Source: an uncultured virus (IMG/VR IMGVR_UViG_3300028577_000011) (Duplodnaviria > Heunggongvirae > Uroviricota > Caudoviricetes). Taken from it: DNA of 64,000 nucleotides. The position numbers were made by a program, and so were the translations under genes. Location of the stretch: IMG/VR virus record IMGVR_UViG_3300028577_000011, one strand, 5' to 3'. Below are positions 17,692 through 27,445 of the stretch, piece after piece (position 1 is the first letter of the stretch; every line of letters starts with the position of its first letter). The notes beneath the pieces were generated by a model. It saw only the letters and a program-made list of their open reading frames with translations. It searched no databases and was not told where the DNA came from.

Positions 17692-20600
17692 ATGCCTACC
17701 TCTGGAGATAACCTCAACACCGGGCCCGGTGGCTTTCCCATCGATGGCCAGACGTACACCTATGACGTCGGCGTCCCCGATGCACAGGGAGGCAGCCAAG
17801 GGCCCCACAAGGCCACCATCGACGTCAGTGCCGGTTTCATCGATGCCGACGGCAAGCCCAAGGACTTGTCGGCGCCGACGAAGGCCACGTTGGGCCAGTA
17901 CTTGAGCAAGGCGACGCAAGGCAAAGAGGGATCGTCAACCGTCACTAACAAGTACCCCGTCGACGCGGTCATCAGGACGCTGACGTTGAGCGACGGCAAG
18001 GGCTTTCCGGTGCAGCTCGAAAATCCTGTCAACAACGCGAATTCTTTCACAGGCGGCGACACTACGGCGATCGCGGCGACCACGACGTCATATCCATCGA
18101 TCTCATCGTTGATCAAGAAGGGCAAGTCGTCGACGCCGGGCATTGACGGCAATGATCTGTTATCAGGGGTACCCGGCACTGTCAACTACACTTCGCAACC
18201 CGGCAAATTGAGCGGCAACGGCAGCGCTAACCCGCAACCCATCGTCGGTCACAAGAAGACAGACCAGGTCGTCAATTCCTATGTGTCGACGGTGTTATCG
18301 ACCAATCGTTTTGCGTCGGCGGGCACCAATAACCAAGCGCCCTACACGACGACGGACGTCAACACCCCCGATCCTGCATATCAACCGGCGTTGACACGAC
18401 AGCACAAACTGGGTGCCTATGATCCGCTCGCACCGACAGTCACGACTGGGAGGCTGGCATCGATTGGGCCATTGCTGACGATGCGCGCGGGTCTTGAATT
18501 GAACTCGACGGCGCCCGGCGCAGATCCCAACTCCGACAGCCTACAGGCCGGAGCACTACTACCAGGCCTTGCACAGTTGGGGGCCACGCGCGTCGATCAG
18601 CGCTTGTTGTTGGCCAGCGACATTCTAGCGACGTTGACGGACAATGAAGTACCCAATTCCGACGTCCTCAGCATCGGCGCGCAATCATGGGGCCAGCTCA
18701 ATAACGTTGATGATCCATTCTCGGGCACTGACGCCCTGGGCATGACGGCGCTGTCAACGGCTCTCGTCGCGGGGCTCGTCCTGATCATTGACGGTCTATC
18801 GCTGTTGATCGGTGCGATTACACCTGGCACCCGTGCTCCGACACGAGACAATCGGGGTCGCTATGCCGTCGGTGAGTACTTTGCCGGCACTAAGGCCGGG
18901 AACAAGGCGGCGGGAGGCAGTCTATTGGGAGCTATCAGCGCGGTGAGCTCGCTCAATTTGGGTGCACTAGTGGGCATTCAACCCACCAATTTTCCATTGA
19001 ACCTAGCACTGCAGACGGGCACCAATGCGTTCTTCGGCCTGCCACAAGGCGGCAATGTCGCCACACAGTTGCTCGGGACGATCAAGTCATCTGCCGATAG
19101 TCCGGGTTTCAACGTTGTCATTGCGCGGGCCATCATTCGTGGTAGCGTCACCATCGCCGATGCACTGGGTAGGATTGGGGGCAACGTGATGAATGACATC
19201 ACTGCCATCCTATCGTTGATCGACAGCATCAGGTCGTCGAAGGTCATTGCTGCCATCAATGTCTTCTCGATCCTCGGCGACGCCATCCTGTCGCAACCCG
19301 CTGACTTTGTCGACGGTTCTTCGGCGGGCGGCAACAAGACGTCGGAGATGGACAGTTACGACAACACGCTGACGAACGCTGCCAGCAAGAGTCGCCTGAA
19401 GGGTAGCTTGAAACTGGCGTGGGCGTCTAACACGGCGCCTGCCAACGTGCTGTTGCCCGCATCGATCCTGGGTGCCAGTGCCGCCGTCAAGGGCTTAGGT
19501 CAATTCAGTCCCTACCTCGGCGTGCAAGTTGATTCTTATTCACGCGTGCAAGCCACCGTCGTCACCAAGGACAATGGCGGTCGCATCGATCCTGCAACGG
19601 CGGCGGCATTCGAGACGGAACTCGATGCCGAGTACGTGCCCTTCTACTTTCACGACGTGCGAACGAACGAGATGGTCAGCTTCCACGCCTTTTTGGCATC
19701 GCTGACCGATGACTTTGCGGCCGGTTTCGAAAAGTCGGAGGGTTTCGGTCGCGTTGAGCCCGTCAGGATCTACAAGTCGACTGAACGTAGGATCGGCATG
19801 TCGTTCTACATTGCGGCGACGTCGCTCAACGACTTTGATGAGATGTGGGTGAAGATCAATAAGCTCGTCACCCTTGTCTATCCACAGTACACACAAGGCC
19901 TGACAATGATGAGTGCCGATCAATCGTACTCCGTCACCCAACCCTTCAGTCAATTGGTCGGTGCCAGCCCATTGATCAGGATCAGGTTGGGCGACCTGTT
20001 GCGCAGCAACTACTCGCAGTTTGCGCTCGCCCGCCTCTTCGGCCTAGGCAACCAGGACTTCAAGGTCAATGGTTCGTCGTTCGTGGGAGATTCACTGTTC
20101 GATCAGAGCCAACTCGATCTGCTGAGCCTCGCTGTCGCGCAAGCCAAGCAGTTTCCCAACGGCGAAACCTACGTGCCCGCCGACGGCAGCTATCCATTGT
20201 TCGCCGACACGGGTAACATCCTGGGTCGGCTTGCGGCTAGCTTGCCCATTCCCAAAATTCCCGGCGTTAGCACCGGTCAGGGTCCATCCTACGCGCCGAC
20301 GTTCCAACCACAGAAGATCGCCGTCGCCGGTACCATCATCATGGTAAAGGCTCTGGCACCCGTGCCGGGCAGTCCCGACATGTTGATCTGCGAGGTCGCG
20401 TACAATGATGATCCGCGGATTCGCGAGACCTTTGCACAGCAGCTCGCGCGCGCTGATGCTGCCTTCAATAATGACGACTTGCCCCTGCAGAAGGTCATCG
20501 GTGGCAAGTACGTCATTCCGGCCTATGTACTGCGACCCACTGACGCGACGATGGGTAATTTTGTCAGTGCCATCTCCGGGGGCGATCTGAACACCACGTT

Positions 20601-20910
20601 TGCGACTGACCTGACCGACTTCCTCAATCCGAACGACAGCGCAACGGGGTACAACGCTGTCGCCAAGTCGTTCAAGGACACGGGAGGTAAGGGACTCGCG
20701 GGGTTCATCGAGACGATGGCGTTTGATTGGTTGAACCAGACGACGTGGGAGACGAACTTGGGTTCGACGGCACCCAAACTGTGCAAGGTCACCATCGGCT
20801 TCGCCCCCATTCACGACATCAGCCCGGGCATTGACCACCTCGGGTTCAATAGAGCACCCATCTTTCCTGTCTCGAGCATGGGTCAACAGAACCAAACGAA
20901 GGCGCAGTGA
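17692..20910 (+). CDS. Large baseplate/tail structural protein with a tube-initiator-like domain
   Basis: PFYFHDVRTNEMVSFHAFLASLTDDF...GRVEPVRIYKSTERRIGMSF...KINKLVTLVYPQY...PLIRIRLGDL; tail-module context. Confidence 0.6.
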   Translation: MPTSGDNLNTGPGGFPIDGQTYTYDVGVPDAQGGSQGPHKATIDVSAGFIDADGKPKDLSAPTKATLGQYLSKATQGKEGSSTVTNKYPVDAVIRTLTLSDGKGFPVQLENPVNNANSFTGGDTTAIAATTTSYPSISSLIKKGKSSTPGIDGNDLLSGVPGTVNYTSQPGKLSGNGSANPQPIVGHKKTDQVVNSYVSTVLSTNRFASAGTNNQAPYTTTDVNTPDPAYQPALTRQHKLGAYDPLAPTVTTGRLASIGPLLTMRAGLELNSTAPGADPNSDSLQAGALLPGLAQLGATRVDQRLLLASDILATLTDNEVPNSDVLSIGAQSWGQLNNVDDPFSGTDALGMTALSTALVAGLVLIIDGLSLLIGAITPGTRAPTRDNRGRYAVGEYFAGTKAGNKAAGGSLLGAISAVSSLNLGALVGIQPTNFPLNLALQTGTNAFFGLPQGGNVATQLLGTIKSSADSPGFNVVIARAIIRGSVTIADALGRIGGNVMNDITAILSLIDSIRSSKVIAAINVFSILGDAILSQPADFVDGSSAGGNKTSEMDSYDNTLTNAASKSRLKGSLKLAWASNTAPANVLLPASILGASAAVKGLGQFSPYLGVQVDSYSRVQATVVTKDNGGRIDPATAAAFETELDAEYVPFYFHDVRTNEMVSFHAFLASLTDDFAAGFEKSEGFGRVEPVRIYKSTERRIGMSFYIAATSLNDFDEMWVKINKLVTLVYPQYTQGLTMMSADQSYSVTQPFSQLVGASPLIRIRLGDLLRSNYSQFALARLFGLGNQDFKVNGSSFVGDSLFDQSQLDLLSLAVAQAKQFPNGETYVPADGSYPLFADTGNILGRLAASLPIPKIPGVSTGQGPSYAPTFQPQKIAVAGTIIMVKALAPVPGSPDMLICEVAYNDDPRIRETFAQQLARADAAFNNDDLPLQKVIGGKYVIPAYVLRPTDATMGNFVSAISGGDLNTTFATDLTDFLNPNDSATGYNAVAKSFKDTGGKGLAGFIETMAFDWLNQTTWETNLGSTAPKLCKVTIGFAPIHDISPGIDHLGFNRAPIFPVSSMGQQNQTKAQ

Positions 20911-20918
20911 GGTGATGC

Positions 20919-21212
20919 ATGTCGCTTAGCAGGTACAGTCGTACACCGGTGCTCGACTATGGATCATCGTACGGCATGGGTCGTGCGCGCGTGGCGATCC
21001 AGAGCGCCATTGCTAGTGGGCAATTGACGACACGTCAGATGATCGTCCGCGGCGTTGAAAGGCTTGATACCATTGCGGGCGAGGTGTACGGCGACGCGCG
21101 GTATTGGTGGGTGGTGGCGGCCGCCTCAGGGATCGGATGGGGGCTGCAGGTGCCGCCGGGAACAATCCTACAGATCCCATCACTTGCAGACGTGGCGAGC
21201 TTGGTCGGTTAA
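20919..21212 (+). CDS. LysM-like / baseplate wedge (gp53-like) protein
   Basis: RLDTIAGEVYGDARYWWVVAAAS...VPPGTILQIP. Confidence 0.75.
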   Translation: MSLSRYSRTPVLDYGSSYGMGRARVAIQSAIASGQLTTRQMIVRGVERLDTIAGEVYGDARYWWVVAAASGIGWGLQVPPGTILQIPSLADVASLVG

Positions 21213-21214
21213 TC

Positions 21215-24136
21215 ATGCCCGGCGACTTCTCGACACTCGACCAGATTTTTCAGATGGTGACGCCCGGTGACCTGGGTGGAGGCCAGGACTTCGTCTTTGG
21301 CGGGCCCTTGAACAAGGTTGATAGCACCATTGTTCAGATGCAGAAGATCCTCGAAAACGACGGCCGCGGCGTCTATAACACTGCCGACCTCATCAACAAG
21401 TTCAAGGCGTTGTCGACATCACCCAATGGTGGTCAAGGCGTTGACCTATCGACGTACCTCGCGGTGTACAGTACCCAAGGCTTCGTCGATTCACTGGGTC
21501 CCAACGTCGCCCTGTCAAAGAAATACACCGGTGCTGATGGTGCCACACGTGACCTCAGCGGTAATGGCATGCAGGAGATCGTGGGCAAGGACTACGCACT
21601 GTCGGTGGCGTCGAAGGGCCCGTCTGACATTGCCATCGTCATGAGCAAGACGCCGTTCTTCAACCCGACGACGCGTAACACCAAGAAAGCAGAGATCTTC
21701 CTCAACTCGATGCCGTCGACGGTGCTGTCGCAGCTGGTTCCCTACATGCAGGTCGAATTTCAGACGACGCGTAGCCCATCGCCCTTCCTACAGACAGCGG
21801 GCCAGCTCAAGTTCCTGTTGGGTGCCGTCGACAAGGCGACGACGTTGGCCGAGGGCCCGAACAAGGTACTGGTCGAAGGACACCAGATCACCGCCAATGG
21901 CTCCGAGCTCGATTACGCCGGCATGGAGCTGTTCACCAGCCCGCAGACGTTGGTCAACCCGCAGCCCAATCGCGTGGTGCAGGGTTCAGGTGGGCGCTAT
22001 GCTGACGTCATCGATCCGTTCAGGCCCTTTGCTTCACTGGAGCACGTGTCGATCGTGTCCGTGCCTGCTGTCGGCATGTTCTCGTACAAGAAGGCGACGA
22101 TGACGATCAAAGTCCACGATCGGTCGAGGTTGGCCGAGATCAGTGACCTGATCAGGCCCCGCGTCTACACCGGGGTGACGGTGTGGATGACCTATGGTTG
22201 GCGCGCGCCGGTTCGTTCAGGCGTTGCCGATGCTACGTACTTCGACTATGTCAACAACAACCTGCTGATGCGTGAAGCCTACGGCATCGTCAATTCGAAC
22301 TTCTCATTCGACAACGTGGGCCAAGTGACGATCACCCTGGAGCTGTTCACCAAGGGCATTGACGAGATGCGTCAGGCCAAGATCTCCGACAACAAGAACG
22401 ACATGGCCTTCAGGACTGACGAGATCAAGCGCTTGACCGAACAGATTTCGGAATACCGTCAACGGTTGAAGCTCGATCCTCCCGAGGGCCTCAATAAGGA
22501 GATCAGGACCTTTCAGATCCTCGATGCCGCCGAAGCGGGTTCGTTCCCCGATCTCAACGCCAACGACGTCGCCAAATCGATCGACGCGCTACAACAGGCA
22601 TTGAACAAGACGGCCAACATCGATCAAGCGGCCCTACGTGGCCTCATCACGGGCCTGAAGAAGCTGTACACGCCGGCCAACAACGACAAGACCAAGTTCA
22701 ACTTTCAAGTCGCCTACCAGACGCGGGTGACGCAGACGATCAGCACCATGTTTCAAGAGGTCCAGACGGGTCCCGATCCCTTCTTGCCCATCCTCGCCAA
22801 AGGTAAGGCCGTCAATGTGGAGTTGGCCAAGTTGATCGATCAGTACAACTCGCCCGCCAAGACGCAAGTGGCGTCGTTCAAGAAGAAGGCGGTGTCGTTC
22901 GGCAAGTTGTTCAGCGTCTTTGCCCTCCGAGCCATCACCAGCATGAACATCTTCGATGAGGTGCAGGTCTTCTTCTACAACCTCAATGAACAGTGTGGCC
23001 CGGTCAGCCAACACAGCATCGCCGAGTTTCCGATCGACATGGCGCAGTTTCTCGATCAATACCGCGAGCTCGTCGTGTCCCGCGGCGGTGAGCGCATCAC
23101 CCTCGAGGACTTCCTACAGTTGGCGATCAACGCACAGTTCCTCGACAATCGGGCCATTGGCTACGGCCTGCGCCAGTACTACTTGCCCTACGACCCGAAG
23201 AACAAGGACCCACAGGTCAAGAAGGATCAGGAGGCCAACTTCGAGAATGTGTTGTCGAAGTACACTGCGCAGTACGGGCCCTTCAAGAAGCCCGTCATTG
23301 AGATGTACGTCGAGGTGGCTCACGAGAAGTCGAGTGAGGTGGGTGACAGCGACGTGCTGCAACTGTTGAACTACTCGGCGAAGGATGCCACGACCCTCAA
23401 CGTCAATGACATCAAGGGCAAGCAGGCGCGCAAGATCATGCGGCTCCACGTCTACGACAAGCAGACCAACGCCTACCGCGCCGCGGGCCAACTGCTGAAG
23501 AATGAGAGCAACACGGGCTTCATCTCGGTGCCGTCGTCGGACTATGCCAAACAGTTCGTCAGTGACACACAGATGGCCGATGGGTTCTGGCAGAACGCCG
23601 TCAATGCGCAGATCCAACAGGACGCGACGCGGGGTGCTGTCAAGTTGATCGACATCAAGAGCAATCAACAGATCAAGAACGTGGTGTCAAAGCTGGTGCC
23701 AACGATTCGCTTCGGCGCCAACGGGACGACGATCACCGTGGCCAGCCTGGCATCGAAGGCAGACCCGCTGTTGTCGACAGTGCAGATGGTCCGCAGCATG
23801 ACGGTCAAGAACAATGCGTCGCCTGCGGGGTCGGGTGAGGGTGGCATTCCACTCCGCGTCATCCCGGCGCAATTGACGCTGACGACGTTGGGCAACCCCC
23901 TCGTGTGCATGGCACAGATGTATTTCTGTGATTTTGGTACTGGGACGACGCTAGATTCGTTGTACACCGTCACTGGGCTGACGCACACTTTCTCACCGGG
24001 AAAGTTCGAGACGCAGTGGAACTTCTGTTATTCTGATGGTTATGGCGTCTGGGAGGGAGCACCAAACGTGATGAAGGTCATCACTTCGTTCCCACCTGAC
24101 ATCTCGAGCCCGACGAACGGTGCGAAGCAGTCCTGA
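21215..24136 (+). CDS. Baseplate hub protein (putative)
   Basis: Follows the LysM-like gene; C-terminal LTTLGNP...DFGTGTTLDSLYTVTGLTHTFSPGKFETQ resembles hub-type beta strands. Confidence 0.55.
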   Translation: MPGDFSTLDQIFQMVTPGDLGGGQDFVFGGPLNKVDSTIVQMQKILENDGRGVYNTADLINKFKALSTSPNGGQGVDLSTYLAVYSTQGFVDSLGPNVALSKKYTGADGATRDLSGNGMQEIVGKDYALSVASKGPSDIAIVMSKTPFFNPTTRNTKKAEIFLNSMPSTVLSQLVPYMQVEFQTTRSPSPFLQTAGQLKFLLGAVDKATTLAEGPNKVLVEGHQITANGSELDYAGMELFTSPQTLVNPQPNRVVQGSGGRYADVIDPFRPFASLEHVSIVSVPAVGMFSYKKATMTIKVHDRSRLAEISDLIRPRVYTGVTVWMTYGWRAPVRSGVADATYFDYVNNNLLMREAYGIVNSNFSFDNVGQVTITLELFTKGIDEMRQAKISDNKNDMAFRTDEIKRLTEQISEYRQRLKLDPPEGLNKEIRTFQILDAAEAGSFPDLNANDVAKSIDALQQALNKTANIDQAALRGLITGLKKLYTPANNDKTKFNFQVAYQTRVTQTISTMFQEVQTGPDPFLPILAKGKAVNVELAKLIDQYNSPAKTQVASFKKKAVSFGKLFSVFALRAITSMNIFDEVQVFFYNLNEQCGPVSQHSIAEFPIDMAQFLDQYRELVVSRGGERITLEDFLQLAINAQFLDNRAIGYGLRQYYLPYDPKNKDPQVKKDQEANFENVLSKYTAQYGPFKKPVIEMYVEVAHEKSSEVGDSDVLQLLNYSAKDATTLNVNDIKGKQARKIMRLHVYDKQTNAYRAAGQLLKNESNTGFISVPSSDYAKQFVSDTQMADGFWQNAVNAQIQQDATRGAVKLIDIKSNQQIKNVVSKLVPTIRFGANGTTITVASLASKADPLLSTVQMVRSMTVKNNASPAGSGEGGIPLRVIPAQLTLTTLGNPLVCMAQMYFCDFGTGTTLDSLYTVTGLTHTFSPGKFETQWNFCYSDGYGVWEGAPNVMKVITSFPPDISSPTNGAKQS

Positions 24137-24158
24137 CATGTAGTTCGTCACCTCTGCG

Positions 24159-25373
24159 GTGTACGTTGGTTTGGTGCATCGCTTTTGCCTAGACGCCGCG
24201 CTCCTCGGCACCGACAAGCACCTGCTCGTCGACGGTGAGAGCGCATCGTGGTCACCCGTCGTTCCACCGAAGGTGTTCCACTGCACCGGCCACGTGAAGT
24301 CCACCAGCGAGCAGTGCCTCGACACCGTCGCCAAGTTGGCAGGCCTCGAGCTGCCCTTCGCGCCGCCGCCACGCTTCGTGCAGGCGATGTCAGCGTTGTC
24401 GGGCTCAATCACCGGTGATGTGCCGTGGCAGCAGGTGATGCCCGCCGCCGCCCACCAAGACTTCATCAGGTGCCTCGTCAATGCGACCAGGGTTGTCATG
24501 CAATCGGCCCTCGTCGATTATTTTGAGGGCATTTGGGTGCCAGGTAGTGTTGTTGTGGCTTCGCTCGCTCGCGCATCCATCGACGTGACCAAGTGGCAGG
24601 AGTTAGTCGCCGTGGGATTGGGCAACGTGCCCGCGTTGAAGTCGTTTCAACCTGATGCTGACGGCTTCGCACGCGCAGTCATCTACGATCGGTTCGCGAC
24701 GCTGACGGGACGCCTGACGGTGACAGCGGGCCCACAGATCTTGACGTTGAAGCGGGAACACCGGTGCATCCTCAGGTCGCGCCATGGCGATGCCGGGACG
24801 ATCGTCGCCCTCGACTTTGCGGCCCTCGAGGCCCGAGTGTTGCTGTACGAGTTCGGCCGCAGCTGCGATGAACCTGACCTGTACGGGGCGCTGGCACGCG
24901 AATTGGGCCACGATCGCAAGGCGATCAAGGGTGCTGTCATCTGTGAGCTGTACGGCAGCAGCAAGTACGCATTGGGCAAGCACTTGGGCATCGAAGGCAA
25001 GGAGCTCAATCACTTCGTCAAGCGCGTCAAGGCCTACTTTAGGACCAGCGAGCTGCTGGCGCGGATCAAGGCACAGTTCGTGGCGACGGGCTTCATCACC
25101 AATCGCTACGGCCGACCCATCAAGGTCGATGAACCTCTCGATCACGTGCTGGTCAATCACTATGCACAGTCCACCGGCGTTGACGTGACGATGTTGGGCT
25201 TTCACCAAGTCATCCAACGTTTGCCGCCGAGGACGAAGCCGATCTTCCTGCTTCACGACTCGATCCTGCTCGACGTGCACAATGATGACTTGGCCGAAGT
25301 GCAGAAGATCGACAACGTGCGTGTCAAGGGCTATGTTCAGAAGTTTCCGTTGAGGATGGAGAAGATTGCATGA
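24159..25373 (+). CDS. Family A DNA polymerase-like protein (polymerase domain only)
   Basis: TLTGRL, motif A LDFAALEARVL, motif B RKAIKG...LYG, NHYAQST, motif C LLHDSIL. True start may be GTG 24174. Confidence 0.8.
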   Translation: MYVGLVHRFCLDAALLGTDKHLLVDGESASWSPVVPPKVFHCTGHVKSTSEQCLDTVAKLAGLELPFAPPPRFVQAMSALSGSITGDVPWQQVMPAAAHQDFIRCLVNATRVVMQSALVDYFEGIWVPGSVVVASLARASIDVTKWQELVAVGLGNVPALKSFQPDADGFARAVIYDRFATLTGRLTVTAGPQILTLKREHRCILRSRHGDAGTIVALDFAALEARVLLYEFGRSCDEPDLYGALARELGHDRKAIKGAVICELYGSSKYALGKHLGIEGKELNHFVKRVKAYFRTSELLARIKAQFVATGFITNRYGRPIKVDEPLDHVLVNHYAQSTGVDVTMLGFHQVIQRLPPRTKPIFLLHDSILLDVHNDDLAEVQKIDNVRVKGYVQKFPLRMEKIA

Positions 25374-25618
25374 TGACCCCGGGCACCGTCATCGAGTGGC
25401 GCTATGTGTCGAGCGCCAGGCGCGTACGCGGCGGCACAATGATGCTGGTCGACTTCGGTCCCGACGTGTTGATCGGTGGCTTTCACCTGCTGATCGGCTT
25501 CGTCGACGACGTGATGACGTGGATGCCCTTGGGCCGTGCCAAGTTGTACCAAGTCAGGATCGCCACCCAACGCCTCGTCTATCCGTGTGAGGCAGTGATG
25601 CTGATGGGGCACACGTGA
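25370..25618 (+). CDS. Small protein of the 'PGDLIEW' paralogue family (diverged member)
   Basis: PGTVIEW...IGGFHLLI...TWMPLG aligns with 25615 and 47297. Confidence 0.6.
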   Translation: MMTPGTVIEWRYVSSARRVRGGTMMLVDFGPDVLIGGFHLLIGFVDDVMTWMPLGRAKLYQVRIATQRLVYPCEAVMLMGHT

Positions 25619-25878
25619 AACCGGGTGACCTGATCGAGTGGGTGTATGAACCCGAGAATGTACTTGTGCGCGCCAATGAACACATGTGGTCGTCGATGAT
25701 GAAAGCCTGGGTCCACATCGGAGGTGTCCACTTGCTTATCTCTCGCGCCGAAGGCACCCTGACGTGGTTGCCCCTCGGTGCATTTGACAAGGGGTTGCTC
25801 CGCGCGCGCGCGGATGATACATGGCGACAGCGTTCGCAAACCACTAGGACCGCGGTTGCTCCACGTAGCGTCGAATGA
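25615..25878 (+). CDS. 'MKPGDLIEW' family protein with possibly hypervariable C-terminus
   Basis: Paralogue of 47297..47590 (WSS, IGG.HLL, KGLLRA, APR). Confidence 0.65.
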   Translation: MKPGDLIEWVYEPENVLVRANEHMWSSMMKAWVHIGGVHLLISRAEGTLTWLPLGAFDKGLLRARADDTWRQRSQTTRTAVAPRSVE

Positions 25879-25885
25879 TGGCGCC

Positions 25886-25913
25886 TGAACACTGTGCCCG
25901 GTGATGATAAGAT
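25886..25913 (+). promoter_or_regulatory. Putative early/middle promoter TGAAC-N17-TAAGAT (representative copy)
   Basis: Same architecture at 5380, 28190, 33146, 44653, 48373, 53378, 56115 and 57909. Confidence 0.65.
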
Positions 25914-25919
25914 CAACCC

Positions 25920-26540
25920 ATGTCGTTGACACCTGAGCAGATTGAGCAGAACTGGCTACGCTTTCGGACGTTGTGTGGCAAGTTGGGTGAGCGCTCACCC
26001 GCGGTGATGCGGATGGTCGATGAGCTCGATGAGCGGCTGTGCCTGTGCCCGGCGTCGTCGAAGAGGGATTTCCACCACGCATTCCCAGGAGGTTTAATTT
26101 CGCACTCATTACGCGTATTGAACAATTTGGTCATTCTCAATAATTCATATGGATGGAATTTGCCTAAGGACAGCATGATTATCGCCGCATTGTTTCACGA
26201 CATCGGAAAATGTGGGCTACCAGGCACTGATGCGGTGAATGACTTTTATACACCTCAAACAGACGGCTGGCGTGTTGAAAAAATGGGTGAGGAGTACAAG
26301 TACAACAACGATCTAGCCTATATGACGACGCCTGATCGAAGTATGTTTATGATGCAACACTACGGTATTCAACTCTCTATTGATGAATATTTGTCAATCA
26401 AATTAAATGATGGCTTTATCGTGCCTGAAAACAAGTCATATGGATTGAAGATTTCTCCACTGGTCTATGGGACGATGACAGCAGATTATGTCAGTACAAT
26501 GGAAGAAAAACACGTAGCATATTGGCCGTCTGAACAATGA
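25920..26540 (+). CDS. HD-domain phosphohydrolase
   Basis: HHAFPGGLISHSLRV and ALFHDIGK. Confidence 0.85.
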   Translation: MSLTPEQIEQNWLRFRTLCGKLGERSPAVMRMVDELDERLCLCPASSKRDFHHAFPGGLISHSLRVLNNLVILNNSYGWNLPKDSMIIAALFHDIGKCGLPGTDAVNDFYTPQTDGWRVEKMGEEYKYNNDLAYMTTPDRSMFMMQHYGIQLSIDEYLSIKLNDGFIVPENKSYGLKISPLVYGTMTADYVSTMEEKHVAYWPSEQ

Positions 26541-27445
26541 CAAAGTCACTTCAATATGAAGTGTACTGTTACAGTTGTCATTGCGCACGATGCACGTGGC
26601 GCGATATCTACGTCGGTAAGGCTAAATATGGCACCAATGATCGGCACCATACGCACGTAGTCGTTGCTCGTCGAATATTGTCAGGGCGCGGCACTAAAAA
26701 AGACCTGAAGTTTGATTACTTCATGGCAAAGCACGGGATTGATAATCTTCATGTAAGAACTTTGATCACGTGTTCATCTGAAGACGAAATGAATGACCAA
26801 GAGATTAAGATGATTGTTGAAAAAAAGACGTTCCACGAGTTTGGTGGAATGAATTTTGATCGTGGTGGTCGTGGCGGGCGTAGAAAGGGAGTTTATACAC
26901 CTACGCCTGAGACGCGTGTTAACGCTAGCATTGCACAAAAGAAAGCTCATGAAGCTGATCCCACATTGCGATACAGAGCAACGCGTGGTTTAATAGAAGG
27001 TGGAAAAGTGTGGCGTGAAGCAAATCCTGATGCGATGAAAGGTGTTGTTGAACGTGGGTGGGAAACAATTCATAAGCAACTTGAAACTGATCCTGAGTAT
27101 GCTGAACAATTCACAGCCATGCACATGGAGAAGTCGCGCAAGGGTGGCGATGCGTTCTTGGTTAAACACGCCAATCCAGAATTTGCAGATGATTTTGCAA
27201 AAAAGTGTGGTGATGGCGTAAGTGCTTGGTGTAAGGCAAACCCAGAAAGTGTCAAGCTACGTGCACAACGCGCCGCGGGAACTAAAGCTGCTAATGGTAC
27301 TGGGATTAAAGCTGCTCGCGCCACAGCGCAAAAAACGCCTAAATCAGAGTACACACGTCGTGGACTAAAAGGGTGGGAGTTACGACGTCAAAGGCAATTT
27401 CGCCAAAAATCTCACTCATGGCTTACGAGAGAAAAGGCAGAGTGA
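26537..27445 (+). CDS. GIY-YIG-like homing endonuclease
   Basis: EVYCY...IYVGKAK, EMNDQEIKMI, GMNFDRGG; AT-rich. Confidence 0.7.
   Translation: MTKSLQYEVYCYSCHCARCTWRDIYVGKAKYGTNDRHHTHVVVARRILSGRGTKKDLKFDYFMAKHGIDNLHVRTLITCSSEDEMNDQEIKMIVEKKTFHEFGGMNFDRGGRGGRRKGVYTPTPETRVNASIAQKKAHEADPTLRYRATRGLIEGGKVWREANPDAMKGVVERGWETIHKQLETDPEYAEQFTAMHMEKSRKGGDAFLVKHANPEFADDFAKKCGDGVSAWCKANPESVKLRAQRAAGTKAANGTGIKAARATAQKTPKSEYTRRGLKGWELRRQRQFRQKSHSWLTREKAE

Noticed and set aside
1..24136. Bacterial contractile injection system, tailocin or T6SS interpretation
   Set aside because: The tail genes are contiguous with phage-type replication genes, homing endonucleases and dense small ORFs. No host housekeeping context is present.
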